A stretch of 64,000 bases of DNA, from assembly GCA_964252035.1 (NCBI GenBank), contig OZ176200.1. One strand, given 5' to 3'. The position numbers and the translations under genes are program-made. The stretch is from Podarcis erhardii (Eukaryota). Of the stretch, positions 61,331 to 64,000 are shown piece after piece (the stretch's first letter is position 1; each line of letters starts with the position of its first letter). Under the pieces are notes generated by a model, which had not been told where the DNA came from, searched no databases, and saw only the letters and a program-made list of their open reading frames with translations.

Positions 61331-62289
61331 CTACTTTTTTGCTGCTTGGTTGTTGTTGTTTTAAAAATATATTAAAACATGGCCCGGCACACTCGGATCA
61401 CATTTCACCATCTCTAAATTGTGTGTGTCGGGGTTTGTGGCTTGGAGAGCTGCTTATAACAGCCCTGCAAGGACACTATTAATGGTGCAGGTCAGAAGTA
61501 GCACGAACGTTTGCATTTGCAGGTTACAGGAGTCTAGTTCATTTGCCTCTTCATACCACCCTCATCCACTAAACTCCGTAGACTCCGCGTTACACTCGCA
61601 AATGTTTACAAGGGTGTGCGCGCGCCTCTCAGCTGATACAAGAACCCGAGTTAGAAAGATGATAGACGCCTCTCTTTGCTGCTACTTTTTGTTCGTTATG
61701 TGGGCACCTGCTTCCCAACCATTGCTAAAGTAAAATCTTCAATTTCTCCTTTGATTTCTATGAGCAGCTGAAATTCCGCGTGCAGACGACGACCGCTGAC
61801 GCTCTTTTTCTCTATTTGTATGATACATGGCGCGGAGGGCGTGTTTTTTTTTTTTGTTTGTTTTTTTTTGCCTTTATATACCCTTTGCCGCTGATCTGGC
61901 TTTTGAGCTTTTCTGGTGGGTTATTACCACTTCGGTGCGAAAGAAAGAATTCTCTTCCTTCCTTCGGTCTCCTTCAGCGCACTAAACTGGGACTTCCAGC
62001 AGCTGAGAGGCATTCCACCATTTGATGAAAACAGTCCGTGTTTATTGGCTCAATTTTTAAAAATGCAGACAGTCATTCCAGTGGAATCAGACCACCAGAA
62101 ATCTATTTTTGTTTTGATACCACAGCTACAGGAGCGAAATCCTGCAGCGCGATTTCAGCAGATTAAGGGGGCACCTAACGCCGCTGCCAGTCTACAATAA
62201 TAACTTATTGGCGTGGAACAGGGAGTTATAGAAAAGGTTGCCAACCTGCCAACTCCTCCTTTGCCTTCAGCTCTTGCTGAGTGACACTC

Positions 62290-62750
62290 AAAACTTCGTC
62301 ACGTGACGCGTTTCCTATTAATACACCTGCATACATACCTGCAATATACCTATACCAGCTCAATTTGCTGGGCACTTAGGCATCCAGGAAGTCCCTCATC
62401 TCTTTGACGCAAGGGAAAACAGTAATGACGGGTGCACCTAGGTACATTGCAAAGGCAGAAGCCAACGAAGAAGCTAGTAAAGCTCCTTAAATGAGAACTT
62501 TCCCGGCTCGATTCCCCGCCGTGTTCATGCCCAGCAATATACTGTACAGTACTGTACAGATCTTGCTGAGAAAACTACATTTCCCAGAAACCCGTCGTGG
62601 CGTTGGCTGGGCAGTGCCATAAACTTCGCTTAGACTAGTCTGGAGTGCCTCCTGTCATGAGCAGAGACGATGGAGCTGAAGGGGACCTGGAGCTTTGGAA
62701 CTACTTTTCCCGGCGCTCCCCGCGACTCAGGCGGAAGCGAGGTGTGAGCT
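62290..62750 (+). promoter_or_regulatory. Second CpG-rich promoter-like block, probably 5' end of CYB561A3 (by synteny only)
   Basis: GTCACGTGAC 62298-62307; ZNF143/THAP11-type ACTACATTTCCCAGAA 62574-62589; possible donor GAG|GTGTGA near 62742. No CYB561A3 coding sequence recognised in the window. Confidence 0.45.
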
Positions 62751-64000
62751 GTTGCTTGTATTTCTCGGTTCTTTGGATGCGTGGTCGCAGCTGGGTCGCG
62801 AAAGCAAACCCTCTTGCGGCTGTTCTTAGGCGCTTCCCTGCAAGGGGCGATCCCGCTACCCATTTATACGTTATGCTATCTAGCAAGTGTCACTTCCTTA
62901 TTGCTCCTCATATGTGCTTTAATGGCGCGGTCAGGGGTGTGCACTGGGCAGCTGAACCCGCAGTGCTTGAAACTGCTTGCAAGTTGCTCTCTGGAACTGC
63001 TGTGGGTTCAGCTTCGCTCGACAGCCTGGATCCAATAGATGTTTCGTGTGCTAGTTGAACAGAGATGCGACCGGGGATCCTGCAGCCCTGCAGGTGCTTC
63101 TGGACTCCAGCTCCCATCAGCCTCAGCCACAAGGGGGAGGTGGCCTGGGTGATGAGAGCTGTAGTCTATCAGTATAGCAGCAGGTGCCCCAGTTGTGCAA
63201 GGTAACTGTACTGTATGTTGCTTAGGAAGGCTGTTGCCGCAGCAAACCAATTTATCGCTTAAATGCCAGCAGCTTTCTTGCGGCAGAGCACTGGACGTCA
63301 CGGGACTTCGTGCTTTATTGTTAACTTTATGAGGCTGGAGTTGGTTCCTTGTTCAGCACGCATGAGGGAGCAGGATGAATATGGAACTGACGTTTGCACA
63401 CTTCTGCGCCTTGCGATAAGTTGTCGGCAGCCGCGTTTCACTGCCAGCGTCACCCCGAGAGACTGCCAGCTATAAGTAGTGCCAGCTTAGCATTCTCTCC
63501 CATCCGAGGTTTGTTTTTGTTTTTGTTTTGCATTGGCTGCCGTTATGTTCATGAAACCGAGAGACGGTGAAATTCAAGGCTAAAAGACGGGGTAGTTTGT
63601 CACAAGTTAAATCTGTTCACCAGTCGATGCCAGAAATTATTCTAATTTAAATATCGACCCACAAGTGCTTAAAGGAAAGCAAAAGCAGCAACCACCTGGT
63701 GCGATTTTCAAAAGGGGCTCTTTGGCATGGTAGTGCATCAGTGTTTATTAGTTCTTGTTACAGTGGCCATTTTCTGCTCTTCTCTTTGACCCCGCTTATA
63801 CTTTGCAGTAAAGCTATAAGACTGTAAGTAAAAAGGTTGATCATAAAGATAAATGATTCTAGTCAGGTAGCTGGTCAAAACATGTTAGCAAAACCATATT
63901 TTGAATGAAACATTTCCAAAGTTGGCTGTAGTTTCTATGTATTTCTTTTCTTATCTTACACCTACTTACCCTTGATGTTTACACTTCCTTTCCTAAGGGT

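Noticed and set aside
62542-62559. 18-bp palindrome CTGTACAGTACTGTACAG
   Set aside because: Simple local duplication of ACTGTACAG; no associated feature recognised.
62645-63058. 137-aa ORF as CYB561A3 coding start
   Set aside because: No similarity to the remembered cytochrome b561 N-terminus (YW...GGFAW...FNWHP); coding exons probably lie beyond the window.
1-64000. CRISPR arrays, rRNA or prokaryotic/viral systems
   Set aside because: None seen; the window is spliced vertebrate genes plus typical squamate transposons.

Overview
Vertebrate (squamate, probably lacertid lizard; inferred from the Sauria/Squam3-type SINEs and Penelope repeats) genomic window syntenic to human 11q12.2. Manual splicing gives: 5' part of SAXO4/PPP1R32 (-), complete SDHAF2 (-, 155 aa), complete CPSF7 (+, 460 aa) head-to-head with SDHAF2 on a CpG island, complete TMEM216 (-, 141 aa), complete TMEM138 (-, 162 aa) and a CpG-rich promoter at the right end where synteny predicts CYB561A3. 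The standout is an intact 7-exon, 494-aa fascin-family gene (+, 39537-47499) between CPSF7 and TMEM216, where mammals have no fascin. It is divergent from FSCN1/2/3, has its own intron pattern, lacks the Ser39/Ser274 regulatory serines and has an RFX X-box-like site just upstream, inside an RFX-rich ciliary gene neighbourhood. Other observations: UGUA-flanked poly(A) sites inside CPSF7 itself (possible CFIm autoregulation), a <1 kb TMEM138-TMEM216 spacer with X-boxes, a palindromic bidirectional poly(A) signal, Penelope-derived minimal hammerhead ribozymes, and nested MITEs. Gene identities come from remembered homolog sequences, not database searches; most ORFs in the supplied track are spurious.
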